Made by a program: the position numbers and the translations under genes. Under the pieces are notes generated by a model. It was given only the letters and a program-made list of their open reading frames with translations. It ran no database searches and was not told where the DNA came from. A DNA stretch of 64,000 bases from an uncultured Chloroflexia bacterium (lineage in GTDB: Bacteria > Chloroflexota > UBA6077 > JACCZL01): assembly GCA_963765765.1 (NCBI GenBank), contig CAVXYC010000023.1, positions 288,001 to 352,000 on the forward strand, given 5' to 3'. Below, piece after piece: positions 9,539 through 18,471 of the stretch (position 1 is its first letter; each line of letters starts with the position of its first letter).

Positions 9539-10850
9539 TTGACTCTCTCCTCTCCGACACTGGATCTCGACACGGTCGAGAACCCGACTAACGAGTCCGA
9601 ATTCATCCTTGACGCTCTCTCCGATCAGCCGAGCGATCTGATCGATCCGGACGTCCTGGACCGATTCGCATTGCCCTATTCGATTCAGCTCGAGGTCACG
9701 CCCAGGGTGTATCAGCGCGAGGCTTTACAGCGCTGGCTCGAAGCTCAGGGACGGGGAGTCGTGGTGCTTCCCACGGGCGCAGGGAAGACTGTTGTCGCGA
9801 TGATGGCCATGGAGCAAGCGCCCGTCCGGACGCTGGTGGTGGTTCCCACCATCGAGCTGCTGCAGCAGTGGCGCAAGACGTTGCAACAGCGGGCGGGCGT
9901 TCCTGCGGATGGCATCGGTGTCATCGGTGGAGGCGAGCGAACAACTGCCCCGGTGACTGTCATCACCTATGACTCGGCGGCTATGCCCCGTCGCGATTTA
10001 CATGGCTATGGGCTACTGGTGGTGGACGAGGTGCATCACCTCCCGGCGCCCACGTATCGGGCAATCGCGAAGAAAGTTGGAGCGCCGCTACGTCTCGGCC
10101 TGAGCGCCACTCCGGAACGACGGGACGGCTCTCATCATGACCTCGACCAGCTTATTGGTCCCGAGGTGTACCGCCGCTTACCCGCCGAGCTGGCGAAATC
10201 GGGCCATATCGCTAACTACGTCGAAAAGCGTGTCTTTGTCGATCTCACGGTTGAAGAGCGGATGCGCTATGACGCGCTCATGGCCGAGTTCCGCTGGTAT
10301 CTCGCCACGCGTCGGCAGCAGATTTATGGCGTCAATTTCTTTCAACAGCTCGTTCATCGAGCCGCCTTTGAGCCCGGCCGCCCGACGCGCCTTGCAAGCT
10401 CATCACCAGGCCCGCCTCCTGGCCCTCAATGCACAGGCCAAGGTCGATCAAGTTGCCCGCCTGCTGGAGAAGCACCGGCGAGAGCATGTGCTGATTTTCT
10501 CTGAGTACACCTCGATGGTTCAGGAGATTAGCCGCGGGCTGGCAATCCCCTCCATCACGTATCGTACCGATGTCACGGAGCGTCGCATGATCCTGGACCG
10601 CTTCCGTTCCGGACGGTACACGAAGCTTGTGACTGGTCGCGTCCTGAATGAGGGCGTAGACGTACCGGACGCTACCGTTGCCATCATCGTGAGCGGCAGC
10701 TCCGCGACGCGTGAGTATATCCAGCGTCTCGGCCGAGTGCTTCGTCCCAAGCCACGCTCGGCTCTGCTCTACGAGATCATCAGTCGACGCACTGTTGAGG
10801 GCCGCGCTGCACGATCACGACGACCAGCCGGGTCGGCGCTGGCTTCGTAA
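9539..10850 (+). CDS. SF2 DEAD/DEAH helicase, XPB/Rad25 (SSL2)-like; frameshift near 10375
   Basis: PRVYQ, LPTGAGKT, VDEVHHL, LGLSATPER in ORF 9539..10504; VLNEGVDVPDA, EYIQRLGRVLRP in ORF 10137..10850. Confidence 0.9.
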
Positions 10851-10863
10851 CGGTCCGCACACC

Positions 10864-12093
10864 ATGGCATTCCCGCTCTCGGACATTCGTTTAGCGATCC
10901 GTGGCCGCACCACCGACGATCCTACCGTGCACCCGCGACTCATCCGCGATCGATCCATCCTGCCCAAGATCGACATCGTCATCCAGCATTTCGAGTCGAT
11001 GCTGGGTCAGGAGCGCCGCGCGTTCGACCCGGAGGTTCTCGTGCATTTTCTGGGTGACCATAAGATGGCTCGCTCCATCGTCACATGCCTGGGTCGGTCA
11101 TACACCTTCCACACGCCGACGCTCGCGGAAGAGCTCGAGCCCATGGAGCTGGAGCGGTTAAACGTCCGTCGACTCGGCAGTTCTATTGCCCTTCGTCTTC
11201 ACCTTTTCGACTTCGCAAATGATTTTGGTCACGGCTTCCTTCACCCGGCAGAGCGTCAAAGCGAGATTGGTCTGCTGGCTGAGGACCTGGACCTCTCTGT
11301 GGCAACGCTCGAGCGGCTAATGGTACTCGACGCTCCTGAGCGAGCCGTGCTCCAGCGTCGCGGTCCAGTGCCTCGTCCTGAGGATATTTCCGCGCAGTTC
11401 AACACGATGACCATCTTGAGTCTCATCCGCCATAGCGCCGAGGCACGCCTCCTTATCCACGACGGCGATCCGGATGTTTTGGAATGCCTCCAACGATTAA
11501 GCCAATCGAACGACGTTGAATTACGCTGTTCTATGGTCAGCAGCGGCATTCGCGTCACTCTCGTGGGTCGCCAGGATGCTCTCGGTAATTGGGGTCGTCA
11601 TGGTCACCGCCTCGCGCGCACTCTCCTGCAGATTCTTCAGCGGGGACAACAGCAGGTCTCGGAGGTCGAAGCGGATCTGGTTCTCAAGCAACGGCGTGGC
11701 ACGCTGCGTCTCAATAAAGAGCTCGAGCCCATGCTCCGTGGTCCTGGATCCAGGGACGTGGCGTGGCGGGATGATCTCGAGGTATCGGCTGCTGCTCTAC
11801 GAGACCTTATCCATGCCCCGGATAGCTCAGTGGAGAGGTGCGTCATCCGCCGCTGGCCGGATCCTCAGGCCTGGCAAGCCGGTGTGCTGGTGCCCGACGC
11901 CGAGATCATCATGCGATCGGAGCGTCGTCTAGTCACCGTGGTTCGGAATGCTTCCCAGGCGGAGCATATTCGAAGGCTTGCTCCTCGCGTTGTCATGGGA
12001 CCTCGGCTGTTGCTTATTGGATCCGCCCAGACGGTTGAGCAACTCAGAGATATTGAAGAACCCAACCGAGTTGAGGTCATCGTGGCGGCATGA
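10864..12093 (+). CDS. DUF790 family (Bax1-like) protein, divergent
   Basis: Directly follows XPB-like helicase; ERLMVLDAPERAVL..PEDISAQFN and VTLVGRQDALGNWGRHGHRLA resemble DUF790 blocks (E..LYADL.E..IL..P.ELL.RYN; I.GP.S.....RYG..LA); C-terminal VLVPD. Confidence 0.7.
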   Translation: MAFPLSDIRLAIRGRTTDDPTVHPRLIRDRSILPKIDIVIQHFESMLGQERRAFDPEVLVHFLGDHKMARSIVTCLGRSYTFHTPTLAEELEPMELERLNVRRLGSSIALRLHLFDFANDFGHGFLHPAERQSEIGLLAEDLDLSVATLERLMVLDAPERAVLQRRGPVPRPEDISAQFNTMTILSLIRHSAEARLLIHDGDPDVLECLQRLSQSNDVELRCSMVSSGIRVTLVGRQDALGNWGRHGHRLARTLLQILQRGQQQVSEVEADLVLKQRRGTLRLNKELEPMLRGPGSRDVAWRDDLEVSAAALRDLIHAPDSSVERCVIRRWPDPQAWQAGVLVPDAEIIMRSERRLVTVVRNASQAEHIRRLAPRVVMGPRLLLIGSAQTVEQLRDIEEPNRVEVIVAA

Positions 12094-12795
12094 CGTTACT
12101 ACATAGGCCCGAAACGCTTTAGTCAGAACGCGTCGGCCTTCAACGGCGGAATCTCGCTCTGCCTGGCCGGCGTCGGCGTGCTCGAGGTACAGCTCGTTCT
12201 TGCGGATGTACGACTCCACCGTAGGCGGCACAAGGTATCGAATCGGCTGATGCCTTGTTACGCGTCCTCGAAGCTCGGTCGACGATATATCTACGCCCGG
12301 GGTTCTCAGAATCACCACGCGGTCACGTGCGCCAGGCACCTCCCGATCCAGATCATCGAGATCTACCGGCGGATAGTTCGGACGGCTAAACGCAACCAAT
12401 CGGCATTGCTTGAGAATCGCGGTCGGCTCACGCCAGCTCGCAAGATCTCGAAGTGAGTCCATCCCTATTAGGAACACTATTTCCGTACCCGTGCCAACCT
12501 CTTTCCGCAGCCGCGGAATGAGCTGCACGGTATAAGACGGTCCGCGTCGATCCAGATCAGCACGGGACAGGCGGAACAGCGGGTTGCCTTCGATGGCCAG
12601 CTCCGTCATGTGCACCCGATCCTCAGTGGAGCTGACCGGCTCGCCGAGCTTATGCGGGGGCCGTCCTGTCGGCACGAACAGCACGTGATCCAGCCCGAGA
12701 AGCGCACACGCCTCCTGGGCTCCTACGAGGTGGCCGTAGTGCGGAGGGTCGAATGTTCCGCCGATGGCTCCGACCACCCTCGGCGCTACGTCCAC
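11929..12795 (-). CDS. nadD: Nicotinate-nucleotide adenylyltransferase (C-terminal extension probably artefactual)
   Basis: GGTFDPPHYGH, PPHK, SYT, IGMDSL, ISSTELR; overlaps obgE stop. Confidence 0.92.
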   Translation of the reverse strand: MDVAPRVVGAIGGTFDPPHYGHLVGAQEACALLGLDHVLFVPTGRPPHKLGEPVSSTEDRVHMTELAIEGNPLFRLSRADLDRRGPSYTVQLIPRLRKEVGTGTEIVFLIGMDSLRDLASWREPTAILKQCRLVAFSRPNYPPVDLDDLDREVPGARDRVVILRTPGVDISSTELRGRVTRHQPIRYLVPPTVESYIRKNELYLEHADAGQAERDSAVEGRRVLTKAFRAYVVTSCRHDDLNSVGFFNISELLNRLGGSNKQQPRSHDNARSKPSNMLRLGSIPNHGD

Positions 12796-14048
12796 TCCAT
12801 CTCCTCGTTCCCGATCCGAACCGTGTCGCCAGCGCCCACACCCGCTCGTTCCAGTGCCTGGATGATGCCCATGCGACCGAGCTGTCGTTCGAAATGCTCA
12901 ACGGCTTCCGGGTTGTCCATGTCCGTCATCGCAGCGAGTCGCTCTATCCGCTTCCCTACGATTCGCGCTCCGTCCGCTTCCTTCACCACGGTCCATCGCT
13001 CTTCCTCCGGCGCGAATCGATAGACCTTCATGGTGTCCGCGGCCATCGGCCGCTCATCCGGAACCGCGGCCACCATCTCCGAAAGCCTGGCGACCATCTC
13101 GTCGATTCCATCTCGAGTCTCTGCCGACACGCCCACAACAGGAAGACCGCGTTGCAAGAATTCGGTTCGCACCTGATCCCACGCTTCCGCTGCCGCTGGA
13201 AGATCCAGCTTGTTCACAGCGATGAGCACGGGCTTATCGAGTAGCTCCGTCTTGTACTGGCTCATTTCGGATCGCACGCGATCGAAACTTTCCACGGGAT
13301 CTGTTGATCCATCCACCACGTGAAGGAGCACCCTGGCCCGTTCGACGTGCCTGAGAAAGACGAGACCAAGGCCGGCGCCTTCGTGGGCTCCTTCGATGAG
13401 GCCCGGTATATCGGCCAATACGATGGGCTCTTCATCCACCTCCGCTACTCCGAGATTTGGAGAGAGCGTTGTGAACGGGTATGCGCCTATCTTAGGTGTT
13501 GCCGCGGATACCGCCGCGAGGAGGCTCGACTTACCGGCGTTTGGCTCACCAACGATACCCACGTCGGCCAGCGTCTTCAGCTCGAGCGTGATCCAGCGCT
13601 CCTCACCGGGCTCACCCTTCTGCGCGATGCGCGGGGCACGATTCGTTGGCGATTTGAAGTGTGTATTGCCCAGCCCGCCTCGACCGCCGCGCGCCACCAT
13701 CACTTCCTCAAAAGGGAACCGCAGGTCTGCTACCAGTGAGCTATCAGCTTCGTCCGTGATGACCGTTCCAAGGGGGACGTCGATGATGATGTCCTCACCC
13801 TTGCGACCATGCTTCTTCCGATGAGCTCCGTTCCCGCCGTTCTCAGCCCGAATGTGACTACGATGTTGAAGGTCCATTAATGTGCCCACACTTGGCACGG
13901 CGCGCAGGAAGATGCTCCCACCACGACCGCCATCGCCTCCGTCCGGTCCACCGCGAGGCACGAATTTCTCGCGCCGGAAACTCGTGGAGCCATTGCCTCC
14001 GTTTCCGGCCTTCACAAATAAACGAGCTTCATCGATGAGCGTTGGCAA
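12786..14048 (-). CDS. obgE: GTPase ObgE/CgtA with C-terminal DUF1967 domain
   Basis: AGNGGNG, FRREKFVPRGGPDGGDGG, GEPNAGKS, YPFTT, DIPG, NKLD. Confidence 0.97.
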   Translation of the reverse strand: MPTLIDEARLFVKAGNGGNGSTSFRREKFVPRGGPDGGDGGRGGSIFLRAVPSVGTLMDLQHRSHIRAENGGNGAHRKKHGRKGEDIIIDVPLGTVITDEADSSLVADLRFPFEEVMVARGGRGGLGNTHFKSPTNRAPRIAQKGEPGEERWITLELKTLADVGIVGEPNAGKSSLLAAVSAATPKIGAYPFTTLSPNLGVAEVDEEPIVLADIPGLIEGAHEGAGLGLVFLRHVERARVLLHVVDGSTDPVESFDRVRSEMSQYKTELLDKPVLIAVNKLDLPAAAEAWDQVRTEFLQRGLPVVGVSAETRDGIDEMVARLSEMVAAVPDERPMAADTMKVYRFAPEEERWTVVKEADGARIVGKRIERLAAMTDMDNPEAVEHFERQLGRMGIIQALERAGVGAGDTVRIGNEEMEWT

Positions 14049-14099
14049 TCAGCCTTCCTCTTTTCCCGTTCGGCATCTGTACTTTGTTGTTGCGTGCAT

Positions 14100-14390
14100 T
14101 CAGTATTCCACAACACATCACCTTTTCTTATTGGAGGTGCCGTAGCCGTAGTAGTAGTGAGGGTATTACGGGGATACAGGGGATTGGTTCGAGGATCAGG
14201 CCAAGTTTTCTGGGGATACGTTCGCGAATAACTGTTGAGGTGTTTGGAATAGTTGGGCAGCGGGCTGTGGGCGGGTTCCGGAGAGTGCATAAGTGCTGAG
14301 GGCGAGGGCAGATATGCCCGTCCAAATTCAAGAGTTATCCCCGCTGAAGATCGATATATCCACAGAGGACTGGGATAACTGGGCCTGCGA
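14100..14390. other. Probable chromosomal replication origin (oriC)
   Basis: Intergenic, downstream of dnaA, lower GC; DnaA-box-like 9-mers TTATCCCCG (14335), ATATCCACA (14356), tgggataac, tggggatac, cggggatac, gtgcataag, tattccaca; TAG-trio tract gtagccgtagtagtag (~14142-14157). Confidence 0.75.
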
Positions 14391-14433
14391 ATCACGCACG
14401 CGGCCGCCATAAACACCGACATCTCCCCCAATT

Positions 14434-14508
14434 CCGTTCGCCTTGTCATCCTAGAGCCCGGAAGGGAAGGATCCTTCGCCTCCGGGCTCAGGATGACAAG
14501 GCGAACGG
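14434..14508. repeat. Long palindrome of the GTCATCCTGAG...GAAGGATCCTTC...CTCAGGATGAC REP-like family
   Basis: ccgttcgccttgtcatcctagagcccgga ... tccgggctcaggatgacaaggcgaacgg. Confidence 0.75.
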
Positions 14509-14567
14509 GTGGCGCACCGGGTAATCAATGGCGGTGGCGTCTTCAATCAGAGTCGAGACCGGAGGTT

Positions 14568-14717
14568 TAGCCCGGATTATTCACCGGAGTTCGGGGCAGG
14601 CGAACTTGTTGAAACTGCTCCTTGCGGCAACCCGCAACACAACGCAACAGCGGCGCAGGAAGCTGCTCCGAGCCCCTATTGCGAGTTGGTCTCATTACCG
14701 GTGAATAATCCGGGCTA
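14568..14717. repeat. REPIN-like element with 20-bp terminal inverted repeats
   Basis: tagcccggattattcaccgg ... ccggtgaataatccgggcta. Confidence 0.7.
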
Positions 14718-14775
14718 GTCCTATCCGGCCGGCAGCATGACGCCTACCGCATCCATACCGATCGCGAAACTGGAC

Positions 14776-16107
14776 TTAGGAGAACAGCGAGCGGACGGAC
14801 TGGAGATCCACCGAGGTTTCGGGGAGCAGATCGAGGTCATGGCGGACCTTCTCGCAACCGTGCCTTACAGTCGTGTGATCGCGACCGCCCAGGATGGCCC
14901 CAATTTCTGGGAGCGAGAGGCGCGCCTCTTCGCGCAGGAGGTACATCGCGAGGTGGCGAGGGACGACGTGCTTTTTGTCACGCGCTTTTCCCTGAAGGGC
15001 GGTCAGTGGCAGTTTGAAATGCTCGCAAACGGCCTGGAGAATCGTGTCCGCGGTAATGGGTTGTCGCTGCTGATCGGGAAGAAGGCGTTCTATTGCGTCG
15101 AGGGCGAGTGCAGGGGTAAGCGGCGCACCAAGAAGCTGTGCATGGATTAGTGCCCGGTTGAGCGCGCCTTCGAGCTGGCGGATGTTGTTTGGGGCTTTGC
15201 GCGCCAGGACTTCGAGGACGTCGTTGGACACGTCGCCCGCGCGGTTATTGAGCTTGGATCTCAAGATCGCGATGCGGGTCTCCAGGTCCGGTGGCTGGAT
15301 GTCCGCAATAAGGCCCCATTCGAATCGCGATCGCAAACGGGCTTCCAGCGGAGATATAGCTTTCGGAGCCCGGTCACTGGAGAGGACGATCTGTCCGCCG
15401 GCAGCGTGGATGTCATTGAATGTATGGAAGAACTCTTCCTGGGTTCGCTCGCGCGTGGCTAGAAACTGGATGTCGTCGATCAGGAGTATCTGAAGCTGGC
15501 GATACTTGTGCCGAAATTCTTCGGTACGACTCTCACGGATGGCCTCGATAAGGTCGTTGGTGAACTTCTCAGAGGAGACGTACAGCGCCGAGTGGCCTCC
15601 ACGGTTCACGGCGGCTTCAATGGCCTTGAGAAGATGCGTTTTACCCAGTCCCACTCCTCCATAGATGAAGAGAGGGTTGTAATCCTGGCCCGGTCTATCG
15701 CTGACAGCCCTGGCAGCAGCATGGGCTAGGCGATTGGCCTCGCCGACCACGAACGTGTCAAAGGTGTACGCGGGGCCCGTGTGGAGGGCCGGTGCTCGGG
15801 CGGCCCGCTCATGCACGACCTCTGGCTTGCCGAGCATCATGCCAGTAGGCTCCATGCCTGCGCGGCCCACGACGACCAGGACATCCGGAGTGTCCCCGAG
15901 GACATTGCCAAGCGCCTTACGCAGCAGACCTTCAAAACGCGTCTGAAGAGCTTCTCGAATAAAGGGATTCGGTGCGGAGATGGTGAACTGGCGGCCGTCA
16001 AACGAGACCGCTTGAGCATCTCGTAGGAACGTTTCGTAGTTGCCCGTGTTCACGAGAAGCTGGAGCTGCCCGAGCGCTGCCTGCCATATGGATTTAGCTT
16101 CGGGCAT
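14776..16107 (-). CDS. dnaA: Chromosomal replication initiator DnaA
   Basis: YTFDTFVVGEAN, YNPLFIYGGVGLGKTHL, LIDDIQF, RLRSRFEWGL, GGRDHTTV. Confidence 0.98.
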   Translation of the reverse strand: MPEAKSIWQAALGQLQLLVNTGNYETFLRDAQAVSFDGRQFTISAPNPFIREALQTRFEGLLRKALGNVLGDTPDVLVVVGRAGMEPTGMMLGKPEVVHERAARAPALHTGPAYTFDTFVVGEANRLAHAAARAVSDRPGQDYNPLFIYGGVGLGKTHLLKAIEAAVNRGGHSALYVSSEKFTNDLIEAIRESRTEEFRHKYRQLQILLIDDIQFLATRERTQEEFFHTFNDIHAAGGQIVLSSDRAPKAISPLEARLRSRFEWGLIADIQPPDLETRIAILRSKLNNRAGDVSNDVLEVLARKAPNNIRQLEGALNRALIHAQLLGAPLTPALALDAIERLLPDQQRQPITADTILQAVCEHFKLPLTALQGKARDKKHVVPRHLAMYLLREEARLSLPEIGAILGGRDHTTVRHGCEKVRHDLDLLPETSVDLQSVRSLFS

Positions 16108-16331
16108 CCTATCTCCTGCACCGCACTCCGCGGGGCGAGTCCAGCATAGCAAGCCGCCTGATAGTTTCCGACAAGCGCCGCTGACAAACTGTCGGAGTCG
16201 AATTCCTTCCGTGTGCTCATTCCGTGTCGTTATGAGCAGGAACTGATTTGGATTTCGGTATGTCCGCTGCTATACGGACATGATTTTGCTCATGAATGGC
16301 TCCAGGCGCCTGGTCCCACGGCGCGATCAAG

Positions 16332-16379
16332 AGCACAAGATGTAGGTACCTAGGCAATTCTGCAGCCCAAGATATTGCG
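16332..16379. promoter_or_regulatory. Tandem NrdR-box-like sites upstream of dnaA
   Basis: aGCACAAGATGTAGGT (16332) and aGCCCAAGATATTGCG (16364), 32 bp apart, resembling acaCwAtATaTwGtg. Confidence 0.55.
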
Positions 16380-16795
16380 GAGGTCGTTCTGTCGTATTAG
16401 CACTATGCATTGGCCTGAAAGAACAGTCAGAGTGGTTGACATTGACTAGAAAGAGAAGAGGAGTTTCCCTCTAAAGCAGAGTCTGGACAGCCAGAAAACG
16501 CCCCGTGAGAATAATGGGCACACTCGCGTCAAGGCCTTCATGTCTTCGGCTGCATGACGCTTCAAAGGATTCAATACTGCCTTAGAGAAAAGTAGTTTCC
16601 AAGGCGCGCGGCAGGTTTTGTTAGACTTCTTCTGTTTAGTCCACCGTTCTCGTTTTGTCGCGATTCCCGAGTACGCCTTCGGCGCGGCGGCGCGGCTGTG
16701 AATTGCGAAGGAACACCCTGCGAGGGAACACCCCGCGTGCAAGGATGTCTGATCTCCAGGCACCGTGAGAGTTGGATGGCATGAAGGAGCAACAC

Positions 16796-17704
16796 ATGAC
16801 CGGTAACGGCACGAACGGCTTGGCGCAAACCGGAACCTGGACTGTGAAGTCGGGCCTCGCACAGATGCTGAAAGGCGGAGTCATCATGGACGTGGTGACT
16901 CCCGACCAGGCAAAGGTCGCGGAGGACGCCGGGGCCTGCGCCGTCATGGCTTTGGAGCGTGTGCCCTCGGACATTCGCGCCTCTGGCGGTGTGTCGCGGA
17001 TGAGCGATCCCGAGATGATCGTGGGGATCATGGAAGCGGTCACGATTCCGGTGATGGCCAAATGCCGGATCGGGCACTTCGTGGAGGCTCAGGTCCTGCA
17101 GGCGTTGGGTGTGGATTATATCGACGAGTCAGAAGTGCTTACGCCGGCTGACGAGGAGAACCACGTCTACAAGCAAGATTTCACGATCCCGTTCGTGTGC
17201 GGTGCGCGCAACCTTGGCGAAGCGCTGCGACGCATCGGTGAAGGCGCCGCCATGATTCGCTCCAAGGGAGAGGCCGGCACCGGCAACATCGTGGAAGCAG
17301 TGCGACATCTCCGCACAATAACGGGCGAGATCAAGCGAATCTCGGTGATGGGTGACGAAGAGCTCATGAGTCGGGCGCGTGATCTCGGCGCACCGTATGA
17401 GCTGCTGCGTACGGTGGCGAAGGACGAGAAGCTACCGGTGGTGTTGTTCTGTGCTGGTGGCGTCGCGACTCCGTCTGATGCTGCTCTGGTGATGCAGCTG
17501 GGTGCCGAGGGTGTCTTCGTTGGCTCCGGGATTTTCAAGAGCGACAACCCGTCACGAACAGCCGCGGCCATCGTGAAGGCGACGACGAACTATCAGGACC
17601 CGGCGATTATCGCAGAGGTATCCAAGGGTCTTGGCGAGCCCATGCGCGGAATCGACTTGCGAACCATCCCTGAACAGGAGTTGATGGCGCCGCGCGGATG
17701 GTAA
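16796..17704 (+). CDS. pdxS: PLP synthase lyase subunit
   Basis: [51 protein letters not shown]; RBS gaaggag. Confidence 0.98.
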   Translation: MTGNGTNGLAQTGTWTVKSGLAQMLKGGVIMDVVTPDQAKVAEDAGACAVMALERVPSDIRASGGVSRMSDPEMIVGIMEAVTIPVMAKCRIGHFVEAQVLQALGVDYIDESEVLTPADEENHVYKQDFTIPFVCGARNLGEALRRIGEGAAMIRSKGEAGTGNIVEAVRHLRTITGEIKRISVMGDEELMSRARDLGAPYELLRTVAKDEKLPVVLFCAGGVATPSDAALVMQLGAEGVFVGSGIFKSDNPSRTAAAIVKATTNYQDPAIIAEVSKGLGEPMRGIDLRTIPEQELMAPRGW

Positions 17705-18300
17705 CGATCGGTGTACTCGCTCTTCAGGGCGATTTCGCTGAACACAAGGCGATTCTCGAGAAGCTTGGCGCTACTGCGGTGGAAGTACGCACCGCGGATC
17801 AGCTTCGTGGTCTTGACGGGCTGATTTTGCCCGGGGGCGAGAGCAGCACTGTTGGAAAGCTGCTCGAGACCTTTGGGTTGCTACAACCGATTCGGGATCT
17901 CGTTGAGAACGGACTTCCGACTCTGGCCACGTGCGCCGGTTTGGTTCTTCTTGCCCGAAATGCAACGGAGAAGCGCGGTCCTCTCATTGGAACGATGGAC
18001 GTTCAGGTGGCGCGCAATGCGTTTGGCCGGCAGCGGGACAGCTTTGAGGTCGATCTGCATGTACCGACGCTGGGAGACCTACCGGTCCATGCGGTATTCA
18101 TTCGAGCTCCCGCCATCACGGGCTACGGTGCGGACGTCGAGGTACTGGCTCGAACTGATGATGGGACCATCGTTGCCGCGCGCGAAGGAAATCAGGTGGC
18201 CGCGGCCTTCCATCCTGAAATATCGGGCGAGTCTCGCTTTCACGAGTTGCTTCTGGACCTGGTGCACGAGCGGGAAGCAGAAGCCAGCCAGCGGACGTAG
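17698..18300 (+). CDS. pdxT: PLP synthase glutaminase subunit
   Basis: [36 protein letters not shown]. Confidence 0.98.
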   Translation: MVTIGVLALQGDFAEHKAILEKLGATAVEVRTADQLRGLDGLILPGGESSTVGKLLETFGLLQPIRDLVENGLPTLATCAGLVLLARNATEKRGPLIGTMDVQVARNAFGRQRDSFEVDLHVPTLGDLPVHAVFIRAPAITGYGADVEVLARTDDGTIVAAREGNQVAAAFHPEISGESRFHELLLDLVHEREAEASQRT

Positions 18301-18471
18301 CGAGCAACTCATTCGGGTTAGAAGTCGGGCGGCACGCGCCACGGACTGCTGACATCCTGTCGGCGCGGCCCCTACGTCCGCGATCGGATAGCTAGGGCGC
18401 CGGGTTCAGGGGAGTCGGCTGGCGGCATTAAAGTCCGGTCAGACAGGGGATCGGCGGGCCCCAGGTTGTCT

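Noticed and set aside
10360-10390. Programmed frameshift in the helicase
   Set aside because: No slippery heptamer seen, and similar indels occur throughout the window
11929-12170. NadD C-terminal extension overlapping the DUF790 gene by 165 bp
   Set aside because: NadD homology ends at about KNELY; the tail is most likely read-through from an indel or a non-functional extension
14012-14449. 145-aa ORF between dnaA and obgE
   Set aside because: Overlaps the DnaA-box/trio region; the poly-Thr run is just the TAG trio tract
16690-16790. Glycine riboswitch upstream of pdxS
   Set aside because: Only fragmentary resemblance (GAAGGA, CTCCAGG); conserved core and helices could not be assembled
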